A stretch of 64,000 bases of DNA from Candidatus Moraniibacteriota bacterium (GCA_038208115.1 JBBQZC010000003.1:2984-66983), one strand, 5' to 3'; positions 1-10,792 are shown, counted from the stretch's first letter. Notes: generated from the sequence alone by a model not told the origin. Made by a program: numbers and translations.

Positions 1-724
1 CTCTCTCCTATGTGAAGTGCTACACTGCACGCACACAATCGGCAAAACAGAAAATGAATGGCGTGATATACGGTACAATTTTTTTGAAAAAATAAAAGTA
101 AAACACCATGCTCATAAAATTGCTATTGCACATAACAAAAATGATCAAGTAGAAACTTTTTTACTACATCTATTGCGTGGTAGTGGCTTAGGAGGTCTAG
201 TTGGCATGCGATATGTCTCAAAAAACGATGTAGTCAGACCCTTATTGTCTATCGAACGATCACAAATTTTACAATATTGCTCCGATCATAATATTTCTTA
301 TCGAATTGATCAATCTAATAAAGAGTCAATTCATACACGCAATAAAATTCGTAATCAGTTATTACCATATTTAGAAAAAAACTATAATCCACAGATTGTT
401 ACAACCTTATCTCACACTGCAGAAATAGTTGCTGAAGATATGCATGCTCTAAACAATCACATCAGCAAATATTGGAACATTTCTCCCAATAATGAAATTT
501 CTTTTTCATCTAAAGTTTTTTGCGATAAAAATGTCTCTGCGCAAAGACATTCACTATTACAAATGATTGAGATAATAACTGGTCATACAAAAGATATTGA
601 GAGAGGCATGATTGATGAATTACGAAAATTGATCAAAAGCCAGAAGAATAAAAATCAGGCATTTCACGGGAAAGACTTGAAAATGCTAAGAAAAGGTGAT
701 AGAGTAGTACTTACTTGTGTGTAA
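1..724 (+). CDS. tilS: tRNA(Ile)-lysidine synthetase, 5'-truncated by window edge
   Basis: Motifs RYNFF, AHNKNDQVET, LLRGSG, VRPLL, DQSN and RNKIRNQLLP; lies directly upstream of ftsH. Confidence 0.95.
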   Translation, partial: SLLCEVLHCTHTIGKTENEWRDIRYNFFEKIKVKHHAHKIAIAHNKNDQVETFLLHLLRGSGLGGLVGMRYVSKNDVVRPLLSIERSQILQYCSDHNISYRIDQSNKESIHTRNKIRNQLLPYLEKNYNPQIVTTLSHTAEIVAEDMHALNNHISKYWNISPNNEISFSSKVFCDKNVSAQRHSLLQMIEIITGHTKDIERGMIDELRKLIKSQKNKNQAFHGKDLKMLRKGDRVVLTCV

Positions 725-787
725 ATGAATTGGACGATTTTTCCACAAAATTACAACAAGAAATTTATTATTTATAACACACTCTGT

Positions 788-2647
788 ATGGAAAAAATAT
801 TCAAAAACTCTTCTCTTATTATCATGATTTTGATTATTGTTGTCATGTTTATTTTACTCTCAACAGGATCAAAAGATTCCGTTGAACAAATTTCTATCAC
901 ACAGCTTTCTCAAGAAATCAATGAAGGCAAAGTCAAGCAAATCACTGTAACAGCAGATGCTAAAATCACAATTGATCTAATAGATGGAAAAAAACAAGCC
1001 ACAAACAAGGAGGCTGACGCCAGTCTAACCGATACACTCCGAAATTTTGGTGTGGACGAAGGAAAACTTTCCTCAGTGCCAATTACGATTGAGACGAGAT
1101 CTGGCTTTGCTTTGTGGTCAGCTATTTTGATCCCATCAGTGCTTCCCATATTGATTATTGGGGTGCTTATATTTTATATGATGAAACAGGCAATGCGTGG
1201 CAATAATCAAGCCATGATGTTCGGCACATCACGTGCACGCATGATCGACCCAAAGGATAAAAAAAATCGTACAGGATTTAAAGATGTAGCTGGCAATAAA
1301 GAAGCTAAAGATGAACTTATTGAGATTGTTGATTTTCTCAAAGAACCTAAAAAATTTCAGAGTCTCGGTGCAAAAATTCCAAAAGGTGTCTTACTATTAG
1401 GAAGACCAGGCACTGGCAAAACTCTCCTTGCTCGTGCTGTAGCTGGTGAAGCTGGTGTACCATTTTTTTCCATCAGTGGATCAGAATTTGTAGAAATGTT
1501 TGTTGGTGTGGGTGCATCACGAGTACGCGATCTATTCAAGCAAGCCAAAAAACACTCCCCATCTATTGTATTTATTGACGAAATTGACGCAGTAGGTCGT
1601 CAGCGTGGTACAGGGCTCGGCGGAGGCCATGATGAACGAGAACAAACATTGAATCAGATATTGGTAGAAATGGATGGTTTTGATAACCAAACAAATGTCA
1701 TTGTCGTCGCCGCAACAAACAGACCAGATGTACTTGACCCTGCTCTATTACGCCCGGGTCGATTTGACCGACGCGTAACTGTTGATTTGCCCGATATTGA
1801 AGATCGAAAAGCCATCCTCGGGATACACGCAAAAGATAAAAAGATCTCTACCGATGTAGATCTCGAACGCATTGCGCAGAGAACTCCTGGATTTTCTGGA
1901 GCTGACCTGATGAATCTCATGAATGAAGGTGCTCTACTCGCTGGACGACGCAACAAAAAAGCTGTATATATGATCGACATCATAGACTCTATCGAAAAAG
2001 TATTATTAGGACCAGCTCATCGTAATAATCGCATGGATGAAAAAGAAAAAAGGATTATTGCCTATCATGAGGCTGGCCACGCAATCATTGGAGCAAGCTT
2101 GGAGAACACTGATCCTGTGCACAAAGTTTCAATAATTTCACGTGGAAATGCTGGTGGATACACATTAGCTGTACCAGATAAAGATAAAAGTCTGCACAGT
2201 CGTGCATATTTTCTCGATGAACTTTCAGTTTTTCTGGGAGGTTATGTAGCTGAAGAACTCATATTTGGAGATGTGACTACAGGACCTTCAAGTGACTTGA
2301 AGCGAGCAACAAAAATGGCGCGCAATATCGTAACCAAATATGGCATGAGTGAATTAGGTGTTCGCACATTTGGTAAAAATGAGGATATGGTATTTTTAGG
2401 ACGAGATGTTTCTGAAGAAAAAGAATATTCAGATAAAACTGCACAGGAAATTGATCATGTAGTATCAAAGCTTCTTGCTACTGCACAAAAACGAACGCAT
2501 GCAATATTAGTAGAAAAACGATCGATTCTGGATATAATTGCGCAAAGATTGCTCGTCGCAGAAACGATTGAAAAAGAGGAATTTGACGAAATCATGTCTG
2601 GCAAAGTAACTTTCACAGAAAAAGTCGTTGACGAAACTCAAAAATAA
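788..2647 (+). CDS. ftsH: ATP-dependent zinc metalloprotease FtsH
   Basis: Two TM segments, Walker A GRPGTGKT, Walker [12 protein letters not shown] motif, HEAGH; ATG 788 (MEKIF) preferred over 725. Confidence 0.98.
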   Translation: MEKIFKNSSLIIMILIIVVMFILLSTGSKDSVEQISITQLSQEINEGKVKQITVTADAKITIDLIDGKKQATNKEADASLTDTLRNFGVDEGKLSSVPITIETRSGFALWSAILIPSVLPILIIGVLIFYMMKQAMRGNNQAMMFGTSRARMIDPKDKKNRTGFKDVAGNKEAKDELIEIVDFLKEPKKFQSLGAKIPKGVLLLGRPGTGKTLLARAVAGEAGVPFFSISGSEFVEMFVGVGASRVRDLFKQAKKHSPSIVFIDEIDAVGRQRGTGLGGGHDEREQTLNQILVEMDGFDNQTNVIVVAATNRPDVLDPALLRPGRFDRRVTVDLPDIEDRKAILGIHAKDKKISTDVDLERIAQRTPGFSGADLMNLMNEGALLAGRRNKKAVYMIDIIDSIEKVLLGPAHRNNRMDEKEKRIIAYHEAGHAIIGASLENTDPVHKVSIISRGNAGGYTLAVPDKDKSLHSRAYFLDELSVFLGGYVAEELIFGDVTTGPSSDLKRATKMARNIVTKYGMSELGVRTFGKNEDMVFLGRDVSEEKEYSDKTAQEIDHVVSKLLATAQKRTHAILVEKRSILDIIAQRLLVAETIEKEEFDEIMSGKVTFTEKVVDETQK

Positions 2648-2694
2648 TACTACTGTAGATATTGTGAATCAATAACGAAGTTTCACAATACTAT

Positions 2695-2768
2695 GGACGA
2701 CTAGCTCAGCTGGTTAGAGCGTCTGCTCGACATGCAGAAGGTCACAAGTTCGAATCTTGTGTCGTCCA
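2695..2768 (+). tRNA. tRNA-Val(GAC)
   Basis: Acceptor GGACGAC/GTCGTCC, anticodon arm TCTGC-TCGACAT-GCAGA, T-loop TTCGAAT; C at position 33. Confidence 0.93.
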
Positions 2769-2904
2769 CACAAAAACCAATTAGTACACATAACTATTTT
2801 TAAAGACATCTATCATTGATGTCTTTAAAAATTTCTGATATCATTTTCATATTGCAAAAGAATTTCTACTACACGCATTTTAACTACTTAATTTTTTTAA
2901 ATCT

Positions 2905-4203
2905 ATGACACCCACAAATCAAAAGTTATCAACAGAGCCCTACCGAGGAACACGAGATTTTTATCCTGAAGATATGAGTCTGCAAAATTATATTTTTTCA
3001 ACAATGAAGACAGTTGTTGAACGTTATGGATATATTGAATACACAGCATCTTTGCTGGAGGAAACTGCTATGTATCGCGCAAAATCTGGATCAGAGATTG
3101 TGAATCAACAGACATATTCTTTCATCGATCGTGGTGGAAGGGATGTGACAATACGACCTGAAATGACACCTACGGTAGCTCGCATGATCGCGCGCAAGAG
3201 AAAAGAATTGCCATTACCGCTTCGCTGGTTTTCTATACCAAATCTTTTTCGTTATGAAAGGCCTCAGCGAGGGAGATTGCGAGAGCACTGGCAACTTAAC
3301 GTTGATATTTTTGGTATTAATAGTCTCGAAGCGGATGCTGAAATTATTTCAGTTGCCTATGATATTATGAAGTCATTTGGCGCACGTGATGAGAATTTTA
3401 ACATTCGTATCAATAGCAGAAAGTTGATCAACTATTTATTCAATGAGTATTTTACACTCTCAGAAGAAAATAGTTATCAACTCATTAAACTTATAGATCA
3501 TAAAAATAAGATGGAATCCAAAGAATTTATTTTACAAGTGGAAAGCATCTTATGTGAAAAATCACATGAATTTATGGATTTTCTCACGTGCACTGATATT
3601 ACTCAACTTCCTGATAGTTTTGCACAGTACGAAGGTGCGCAAGACTTAAAAAATATCTTTGACATTCTCAGTAAAAAGGGTATTTTAAACTGCGTTTTCG
3701 ATCCATCACTGATGCGTGGGTTCGATTATTATACAGGGACAGTTTTTGAAGTATTTGACACTAATCCCGTAAATAGTCGCTCACTTTTTGGCGGAGGTCG
3801 ATATGATGATCTTGTTGCAATTTTTGATGCTGAAAAAGTACCCGGGGTAGGCTTTGGCATGGGCGACGTTACCATACATAATTATATCGATACTTACAAT
3901 TTATTACCGCAATATAAGTCAACGACTAAATTATATATTTGCATTCTCGATAACGAATATATATCACTTGCAAATGAACTATCAAGTCATCTACGTGCAA
4001 ACAAAGTAAATGTTGCCGTTGACTATAGTAATAGAAAATTATCTTCACAAATTAAAACTGCCGAAAAACAGAAAATTCCTTTCATAGTTTGCATAGGTCA
4101 AGATGAATCACAAACTAAAATTTTCAAAATAAAGGATATAGAAAAACGAACCGAGAAAATTGTGCATTGGAATGAACTAGCAAAAGTTCTCATGGAATGT
4201 TGA
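2905..4203 (+). CDS. hisS: Histidine--tRNA ligase
   Basis: RGTRDF, RPEMT, FRYERPQRGRLREHWQ, RGFDYYTG, GGGRYD. Confidence 0.98.
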   Translation: MTPTNQKLSTEPYRGTRDFYPEDMSLQNYIFSTMKTVVERYGYIEYTASLLEETAMYRAKSGSEIVNQQTYSFIDRGGRDVTIRPEMTPTVARMIARKRKELPLPLRWFSIPNLFRYERPQRGRLREHWQLNVDIFGINSLEADAEIISVAYDIMKSFGARDENFNIRINSRKLINYLFNEYFTLSEENSYQLIKLIDHKNKMESKEFILQVESILCEKSHEFMDFLTCTDITQLPDSFAQYEGAQDLKNIFDILSKKGILNCVFDPSLMRGFDYYTGTVFEVFDTNPVNSRSLFGGGRYDDLVAIFDAEKVPGVGFGMGDVTIHNYIDTYNLLPQYKSTTKLYICILDNEYISLANELSSHLRANKVNVAVDYSNRKLSSQIKTAEKQKIPFIVCIGQDESQTKIFKIKDIEKRTEKIVHWNELAKVLMEC

Positions 4204-4234
4204 GAATAAATTTTTCGCAAACATTAATTTATCA

Positions 4235-4264
4235 AAAAACACGCAATATGATTGCGTGTTTTTT
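4235..4264. terminator. Bidirectional intrinsic terminator
   Basis: AAAAAACACGCAAT-AT-GATTGCGTGTTTTTT between convergent genes. Confidence 0.8.
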
Positions 4265-4311
4265 ACACCATTATATAAAAGATTTATACAATATCTATGG
4301 AACTGAATATG

Positions 4312-5250
4312 TTAGTGCGTAGTATATTCGGACGATGGTCCACTTTTTTGATTTTCATTTTCAAGTTGTTTATTGTATTTCTTATTAAACGCATCTTTAT
4401 TCTTTTTTGATGAATTTTGTGCTTCTGACATGCCATTATTGATGACTTTTGTAATGAGTGAAACGGCAAATGATTGTATAAGTGATGAAAAAGCACCAGA
4501 ATCACCGTTTGCAAGAGCTTCTAACGGAAGCGTGATTTGTTGTAACTGAATTGCTTCGACAACAGATGAAGGTAATTTAATATTTCCATCTTCATCAATG
4601 TCAGGCAATGTGCCTGAGCTAGTCGCTGTGATCATTGCCACCTGCTTTTCTGCTTCATACTTTAATGAAGTTGCTCGATCAACGGCAAGTGCCATGCCTA
4701 CTGGCATATTCATTGAATTTGACGTTATCGCACCAAAACACTTAAAACTATCATCTGCAAAAAAATCATCTCCTGCAGGACAACTTTCAGCATAATCAGT
4801 AGTTAACTGATTTTTCCCTTCCCATTGATCCAAAACACCTTGTCCCGCATCTTTGAGTGCATTAGTCAAACTCCCACCACCTGATCCACTTGATGAAGAA
4901 TAATCTGACGATCCAGCACCGCGCAAAGATGTCGTCAGGAAATCTTGTCCGTAAGTAATTGCAGCATCTTGAGTATCCGATATCAAAAACTCAGTAAAAT
5001 TACCAATATTACGTGGTGATGAGCTTCCGCCGTACAGTGCGTTTTCAATAGTCGATGTCGCCTGTTTAATAGCAGCCATCTTTAAAGCTGCCCAAAGAGC
5101 CTCCTCTATTTGTGCCATTATTTCCTCCCCTAACATCTGCATGACATTTGCACTCATTGCTCCTCCCCAATAATCTGCTCTCACATAGTGAATAGGTGAT
5201 GCTGAAAGTAAACTGACAATGCAAATGGTCGCAATTACTTTTTTATACAT
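4312..5250 (-). CDS. Secreted hypothetical protein
   Basis: 312-aa ORF with N-terminal signal peptide and Ser/Gly linker. Confidence 0.8.
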   Translation of the reverse strand: MYKKVIATICIVSLLSASPIHYVRADYWGGAMSANVMQMLGEEIMAQIEEALWAALKMAAIKQATSTIENALYGGSSSPRNIGNFTEFLISDTQDAAITYGQDFLTTSLRGAGSSDYSSSSGSGGGSLTNALKDAGQGVLDQWEGKNQLTTDYAESCPAGDDFFADDSFKCFGAITSNSMNMPVGMALAVDRATSLKYEAEKQVAMITATSSGTLPDIDEDGNIKLPSSVVEAIQLQQITLPLEALANGDSGAFSSLIQSFAVSLITKVINNGMSEAQNSSKKNKDAFNKKYNKQLENENQKSGPSSEYTTH

Positions 5251-5261
5251 AAAATGTATTT

Positions 5262-6236
5262 TTAAAAATTCATAAATGTTTCAGTCAGCTCGTATTTATC
5301 TAGTTTTTCCATAACCTTTTCTTGAAATGAGCTTGATTGTTCAATGAGCCCTTGTATTTGCGCTAATGCAGCAATCATAGGAGTTACATCTGCTGACACA
5401 TTTTTATAATTACTCGACTTATATATTTGTCCTGCATATCGTAAAAAATATATTCCTTGATTATGCAGCTCAAGCATTTCTTCTGGCACCATGACTTCGT
5501 TCATCTGTGATTCCGCAGCGACCGCATTTTGTGCCAAATCTTCGAAATATTTTATGTTACTCAAATCTGTAGAAAAACTATTCATATTTTTTAGCACCTC
5601 ACTCTGAAAACCGTCTATTGATTGCTCAAAAAACCCATCAGGAAAATTTGATATAAATATAAATGATATTGAGGTAAAATATTCAGCTGCATCTTCTTTC
5701 ATTTGAGCATCTCTCTTTTTATCAGAAAGACCGTCGTAATTTTGTTTTTTAATATTGCTGTCATCTATAGTAACTGGTTCCACTTCAACAAATGACACCT
5801 CCTCATCAACTGATTTTGAAATGACTTTTGCAAAATCTTCTGAAACGATATCTTTTTTTCCTGACTCTTCGGAGTCAGCGATATATGAGGCTACATCTGC
5901 TGCAATTTTTTGTGTCACATTCGCTGTTTGATGGTTTGTCGAAGTAATTTGAATTGGTTGTTTGGGTTTGATGATGCGATCGCCTGGTGCTGGGACAAGA
6001 GGATTATAACCACTTTCTATTTCTACACCATCGGAATATCCATCTCCGTCAGTATCCGCTCTACGCGGATCTGTTTTATAAGATTCCTCTTCCTGATTAC
6101 TGATCCCATCTCGATCATAATCTTCAAAGAGCGTCAGCTCTGTATCATCAGCAGATGCAAAATACGAAAATGTACCGACAAGAAGAGCGACAAATATAAT
6201 GAATGTAATTCGATTATACGTAAATATTTTACTCAC
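5262..6236 (-). CDS. Exported protein with thrombospondin type-3-like Ca-binding repeats
   Basis: N-terminal TM/signal; DYDRDGISNQEE and DTDGDGYSDGVE..GYNP repeats. Confidence 0.8.
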   Translation of the reverse strand: MSKIFTYNRITFIIFVALLVGTFSYFASADDTELTLFEDYDRDGISNQEEESYKTDPRRADTDGDGYSDGVEIESGYNPLVPAPGDRIIKPKQPIQITSTNHQTANVTQKIAADVASYIADSEESGKKDIVSEDFAKVISKSVDEEVSFVEVEPVTIDDSNIKKQNYDGLSDKKRDAQMKEDAAEYFTSISFIFISNFPDGFFEQSIDGFQSEVLKNMNSFSTDLSNIKYFEDLAQNAVAAESQMNEVMVPEEMLELHNQGIYFLRYAGQIYKSSNYKNVSADVTPMIAALAQIQGLIEQSSSFQEKVMEKLDKYELTETFMNF

Positions 6237-6559
6237 AACATTGATTTTAATTTTATGATAATATTATACCACATTATGCAGTAAATTATCAATATTCTCG
6301 ATCAGTTTTTTACTTATATTATGTACATTTATTTCTTCTGTAACGTTTGTCAAATAATTATGCTCTTTAATTTGCACTAAACGTCATTTAAAAAAATATT
6401 AATGGCAATAATCACATAGCCACATAAAGTTCAACTATCTCGCCATGGATTTCATTTACTTATTCCTATCAAAATGTTTGATTTATATCGATAATTATGC
6501 TATAATGAAATCTATACGGGTGAGCAACATGATCGTAAAGATTTGTTGCTCATTTTTGT

Positions 6560-7783
6560 TTGAATACATTCATGAAAATACATCAAAAATATAGCAAAAT
6601 AGTTAAAGAAATTATCTTTGCTTACAAAAAATTCGTTACGAAAAAAAAAGTTGTTTTTTTTAGTTTAATTGCTCTACCGATTACATCTGTAAGTGCGGGC
6701 ATGTCTCTTTACGTTGATAATATTTCCTATGAATCTAAAAAACCAGTCATTGCAAATGATATTATCATTAATTTAGACGAACAACTATCCGTTCAATTTG
6801 CACAACCTGTAACAGATGTAGAACGCTACAATGCGTCTATTACTGTGTACCCAAATGAGCAACTTGCATTCTCTTGGAATGTCGATAATACGACACTCAC
6901 AATTACACCAAAATCCATTTGGAAGCCTGCTACACAATATTCATTTACTTTTCCTGCTGATTCATATAAATCAGTCTCGGAGCTTTCATATATTTACTCT
7001 TTTGAAACAGAGCAATATCCACAAATTCTTCAAACTAATGTCAATGATGATGAACAATTTTTTTATGAGGGCGATGAAATCATCATCACATTTGACCAAA
7101 AGATTACAAATTATGATGTACAAGCAGTTGCCAGGCCATTTATTAGCTCAACACAATACACTGATGAGCAGAACAATCAGTTGCACATTTTGATCAAGGA
7201 GCGTCCGACAGAATATCAAGGACCTCATAATCTCACTGTCTTTGCAAAACACAAAGCACAGTCAACATCACACTATTTTCCTGTTGGCACCATCGGATTT
7301 ACCACACTTATGGCTTCACCAGAGACGTGGCCAAAAAAATTTGATGAACGATTGGATATTGCCAGAAAGTCAACTGCTCCAACAATTAAGACCGGCAAAT
7401 ACATTGATGTAAATCTCTCATCACAAGTGACAACTCTCTTTGAGAATGGTATATTTGTCACAAATTTTGTCAATTCTCCTGGTGCGGAAGACACTCCAAC
7501 ACCCAAAGGCAATTTTCAGATTTATAATAAAAATCCGTATGCTCTCTCAAATATGTTTCAAGTATACATGCCGTACTGGATGGCATTTACGGCAAACGGC
7601 GAATATGGGTTTCACGATCTTGTAGTATGGCCCGAAGGTCATGATCAAATGCCATCTGGAGGAAAAGAAAGCATATCAAGTATTGGTCGTGCCGTTTCAC
7701 CAGGATGTGTTAGACATGATGCTAAAAATTCCAAATTCATCTATGACTGGACAAATATCGGCACAAAAGTTGTGATTTATTAA
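6560..7783 (+). CDS. L,D-transpeptidase family protein with Ig-like domains (start may be ATG 6572)
   Basis: C-terminal YkuD motifs TPKGNF, YGFH and SPGCVRH; N-terminal TM. Confidence 0.88.
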   Translation: MNTFMKIHQKYSKIVKEIIFAYKKFVTKKKVVFFSLIALPITSVSAGMSLYVDNISYESKKPVIANDIIINLDEQLSVQFAQPVTDVERYNASITVYPNEQLAFSWNVDNTTLTITPKSIWKPATQYSFTFPADSYKSVSELSYIYSFETEQYPQILQTNVNDDEQFFYEGDEIIITFDQKITNYDVQAVARPFISSTQYTDEQNNQLHILIKERPTEYQGPHNLTVFAKHKAQSTSHYFPVGTIGFTTLMASPETWPKKFDERLDIARKSTAPTIKTGKYIDVNLSSQVTTLFENGIFVTNFVNSPGAEDTPTPKGNFQIYNKNPYALSNMFQVYMPYWMAFTANGEYGFHDLVVWPEGHDQMPSGGKESISSIGRAVSPGCVRHDAKNSKFIYDWTNIGTKVVIY

Positions 7784-7787
7784 ATAA

Positions 7788-7826
7788 TAAAACCCCCTAT
7801 CAATATAATTGTATAGGGGGTTTTTA
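7788..7826. terminator. Bidirectional intrinsic terminator
   Basis: AAAACCCCCTAT...ATAGGGGGTTTTT between convergent genes. Confidence 0.8.
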
Positions 7827-8747
7827 TTATACGATTGACGCAAATGTGTCCTTAAGTATTTGCGCCGTATTTTTTAAATTTTTTTGTTCTTCATCGTTAA
7901 GTTCTATACATAAACGTCCTTCAATGCCATTGCTACCCACTACGGCAGGCATACTGAGACACACATCAGTGATATCATATGCACCCTCCATCATATGCGA
8001 CACCGGCAAAACAGATTTTTTATTGTGTATGATTGTGTAAATAAGATGTGCACACCCAGCACCGATAGCATAATATGTCGATTGCTTCCCTGCAATGATC
8101 GTATATGCAGCATTTTTAGCCTCTTCAAATATTTCTGTTTTATCGAGATCATTAAGACGGTTGCACGTGCCCAGTTGCATATTTCCGATTGCCGCTGTAC
8201 TCCACACAGGGAATTCACTATCCCCATGTTCACCCAAAATGTATGCATGGATGCTCTTTGGATCAATATCCATCTTTTGACCAATCAATTGGCGAAAGCG
8301 AGCAGAATCAAGAATTGTACCCGTACCCATAATACGATCTTTTTTATCTGGAAAAAGAGAAATCGCCACCTTCGTCAGTACATCCACTGGATTTGTCACC
8401 ATTACAAGAATCGCGTCAGGATTTTTTTCAAAGACTTTAGGAATAATACCCTTGATGATTGATGCATTTTTTTGTACGAGATCGAGACGCGTTTCTCCTG
8501 GCTTCTGTGCAGCACCACATGTAATCACAACCACATTACTATCCGTACAATCATCATATGTCCCGACTTTAACATCCGTACGTCCCACAAAAGGCACAGA
8601 GTGTTGTAAATCCAATACCTGTGCCGTTACTAATTCCTCATTGAGATCCATAAGTGCTATTTCTTCCACTATATCTTGTAAGACAAGACTATATGCTACA
8701 GTAGAACCTACCATTCCCGCTCCGATAATGGTTACTTTGTTTTTCAT
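7827..8747 (-). CDS. ldh: L-lactate dehydrogenase
   Basis: GAGMVG, QKPGETRLDL, NPVD, LDSARF, GEHGDSE. Confidence 0.96.
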   Translation of the reverse strand: MKNKVTIIGAGMVGSTVAYSLVLQDIVEEIALMDLNEELVTAQVLDLQHSVPFVGRTDVKVGTYDDCTDSNVVVITCGAAQKPGETRLDLVQKNASIIKGIIPKVFEKNPDAILVMVTNPVDVLTKVAISLFPDKKDRIMGTGTILDSARFRQLIGQKMDIDPKSIHAYILGEHGDSEFPVWSTAAIGNMQLGTCNRLNDLDKTEIFEEAKNAAYTIIAGKQSTYYAIGAGCAHLIYTIIHNKKSVLPVSHMMEGAYDITDVCLSMPAVVGSNGIEGRLCIELNDEEQKNLKNTAQILKDTFASIV

Positions 8748-8810
8748 AAATATGTATTATTGAAATTATTTTTTTATTATACCACATTTTACATTTGAAC
8801 TTATAATTAA

Positions 8811-8840
8811 AAAACAATAGGATATTGATCCTATTGTTTT
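8811..8840 (-). terminator. Intrinsic terminator ending the 13.6-to-8.8 kb unit
   Basis: AAAACAATAGGAT-ATTG-ATCCTATTGTTTT; U-tract follows on the - strand. Confidence 0.8.
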
Positions 8841-8851
8841 AGATATTCGTA

Positions 8852-9010
8852 TCATGAATTCTCCTTTAGCCAGGATTTATCCTGACGATTGTATGTTTTT
8901 TTACCAGATCGATCTCCGTGTGCGCCTCCACGATGGCGGAGAGTCTGAATTACATCAAATTGGAGACGTGGCTTGATACGGTCCATCTTCATTATCACTA
9001 TTTTTTTCAT
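8852..9010 (-). CDS. 52-aa basic small protein MKKIVIMKMDRIKPRLQFDVIQTLRHRGGAHGDRSGKKTYNRQDKSWLKENS
   Basis: Hand-translated (below the ORF-track cut-off); TAAGGAG lies 6 nt before ATG. Confidence 0.7.
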   Translation of the reverse strand: MKKIVIMKMDRIKPRLQFDVIQTLRHRGGAHGDRSGKKTYNRQDKSWLKENS

Positions 9011-9335
9011 CCTAATCTCCTTATTTGGATTTTATTTAAAAACCATATCAAAAAATTATTGTAGAGTGATCGTTTTTTTAGTTTTTTAATTTCTGACTGT
9101 AATTGACTGTGTTTCTGATACATCTCACAGTGATATGGTCTCGAAATATACATAATTTTCATATATGCTAAATTAATTCAGATATCTTCTTAAAAATCCA
9201 CATACCGCATGACGATATGAGAACTTTATTGAAGAGGGAATTTTTTGTAAAAACGGCATTCCCACAACGCCTAGTGCATTTTTTGAGGACGCACACAACC
9301 TCTGTTTAACGTCCATAACAGACGATGGTGGTGGC

Positions 9336-9545
9336 CTACCCATTCTTTTCCAGCCACGATTCAGCTTTATCAATCTCCTCGTACTGTTCCTCCCGGAGAG
9401 CGTCAAGCTGATCATCAATGCTGCACCCGCAACATCGATCATCATATGAACCACAAATTGGACAAGTCTCAGCTTCGTCCGCATCGTGATAAAATTCCTC
9501 TTCGCGACAGTTGTCGCAATTGCCGAACAAATCTATTTTTTTCAT
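9336..9545 (-). CDS. Small acidic Cys-rich (zinc-ribbon-like) protein
   Basis: CDNC, CPIC, CCGC; SD GAGGTGA upstream. Confidence 0.75.
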   Translation of the reverse strand: MKKIDLFGNCDNCREEEFYHDADEAETCPICGSYDDRCCGCSIDDQLDALREEQYEEIDKAESWLEKNG

Positions 9546-9658
9546 ATCATCACCTCATGAAAAAAATTTATTCATTAGATTATCAGTGTTTTTACACAAT
9601 GCATGGCACACCTGTTGCCTTTTATGTCGGTAATCTTTTCTTGCGTCCCGACAGTCTT

Positions 9659-9740
9659 GTTTCATCAGCTTTTTTTACGTGGGCTTACTCCACAGTGTAC
9701 GTCTGTTAAACCTTTCGGAAAGCCAGACGGAGGATTTTTC
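9659..9740 (-). repeat. 82-bp repeat, copy A (structured RNA motif)
   Basis: Identical to 11367-11448 and 12044-12125. Confidence 0.97.
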
Positions 9741-9746
9741 TCCTCA

Positions 9747-9941
9747 TTATTGGTCGAGATCACATCGAGGACACCAGTCATCGTAAAAAATATTGAACAG
9801 ATGACCGCACTCTCGACAGATTTTATCGCCTTCATGGACATATGACAAGTGATCAATCCACATCTGCGGATCATTCCGCTTGGATTGTGCCAATTTTTGA
9901 CGATAACATCGCTCAATCGCCTCACACTTTTTATTTTTCAC
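9747..9941 (-). CDS. Small zinc-ribbon protein (GTG start)
   Basis: CRECG...CPRC; SD AGAGGTGA upstream. Confidence 0.75.
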   Translation of the reverse strand: MKNKKCEAIERCYRQKLAQSKRNDPQMWIDHLSYVHEGDKICRECGHLFNIFYDDWCPRCDLDQ

Positions 9942-9972
9942 AGTTCACCTCTTTATTTTTATGATTTGATTT

Positions 9973-10048
9973 CCCTCTAAAATATTTCTTATGCCCTATT
10001 ATCTCATTTTAAAATGAATGTGATTCAATAAAAAATATTTTAGAGAGG
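9973..10048 (-). repeat. Module-boundary hairpin H1
   Basis: CCCTCTAAAATATTT...AAATATTTTAGAGAGG; one arm shares 22 nt with H4. Confidence 0.85.
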
Positions 10049-10084
10049 CAGATAATTATATACGTATAATTATCTGCAAAAAAA

Positions 10085-10320
10085 TGACAGTGGCGGCTCG
10101 TCAGGCCCTCCAGAACTTCCCTGGGCAATTATTCCTCAGATTATAGCGTCGTGAAGATGGACGGTTGGTTTATTGATTTACTTCCTCTTTTACCAACAAA
10201 TTAGGAAGGGTCATTAGTTATTTACTTCCATTTCCGAGTGGGAAGGGGACGCTTTTGCATCATGCCCAGGATGACTGTGGCCATTCTTTTTTGACTAGAG
10301 TTTGCCCTCTCTAGAGACTG
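10085..10320 (-). ncRNA. Candidate structured RNA containing tandem CCCUUCC...GGAAGUAAAU units
   Basis: No SD-led ORF; long-range CCUGGGCA/UGCCCAGG pairing; internal repeated hairpins. Confidence 0.5.
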
Positions 10321-10327
10321 TTTAACG

Positions 10328-10756
10328 TCAATCTGTGACGGTGAGAGTCTCCAAATATGCGAGACTCCCTCGAAGCTCCTCCGTTGAGACACCTCCTGCG
10401 GACTCGTAGAGTGTGATGAGGTTTTTGAACAAATCAATCCTCATGCGAATATATTGCTGTAGCTCTTCCGGCAGATAACTTGCTACGAACGCAAGCTCTG
10501 CCTTAGTAGCCGCTACACAACGCCCTTTTACATTCGTGAAATGTGTATACTCAACATATTCATGAATGACCTGAGGCGCGCGCCATCTCATCGGAACATC
10601 CTCAGAAATAAACAGCATACCTTCAAAAAATCCCAGGAAACCTGGTAATGAAGGTTGTAAATCGCGAGATACGACGCTGTACTCGATCTTCTGACCCAAG
10701 TACAGTATCTCTTCCACAGAAATGGTTTTTCTCTCGATGACTTCTCTGATATTCAT
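10328..10756 (-). CDS. Hypothetical protein with HExxE motif (metalloprotein-like)
   Basis: 142 aa, VIHEYVEY; SD GGGAGG upstream. Confidence 0.8.
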   Translation of the reverse strand: MNIREVIERKTISVEEILYLGQKIEYSVVSRDLQPSLPGFLGFFEGMLFISEDVPMRWRAPQVIHEYVEYTHFTNVKGRCVAATKAELAFVASYLPEELQQYIRMRIDLFKNLITLYESAGGVSTEELRGSLAYLETLTVTD

Positions 10757-10792
10757 TACATCCTCCCAGTTGATTTTGAATAAAGAACATAA

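Noticed and set aside
2905-4203. Alternative genetic code (TGA=Gly, as in Gracilibacteria/Absconditabacteria)
   Set aside because: Long genes are intact under code 11, and hisS and lspA end at TGA at expected lengths.
9655-9675. CUGAUGA at the motif 3' end as a hammerhead ribozyme core or fluoride riboswitch tail
   Set aside because: No conserved stem II plus GAAA follows in any copy, and the fluoride riboswitch 5' GAUGG/P1 element is absent.
9665-9695. GUGG...CCCACGUAAAAAAA as a preQ1-I riboswitch; AAAGUGGAG/AAGCCC as twister or pistol
   Set aside because: The loop is only 7 nt and lacks the UUC/UCG ligand-binding start, no que genes follow, and the remaining twister/pistol helices could not be built. 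Needs Infernal for a definitive exclusion.
10085-10150. Purine riboswitch-like UAUAAU...GUUCU segment
   Set aside because: P1, P3 and loop-loop residues do not fit, and it is not upstream of purine genes.
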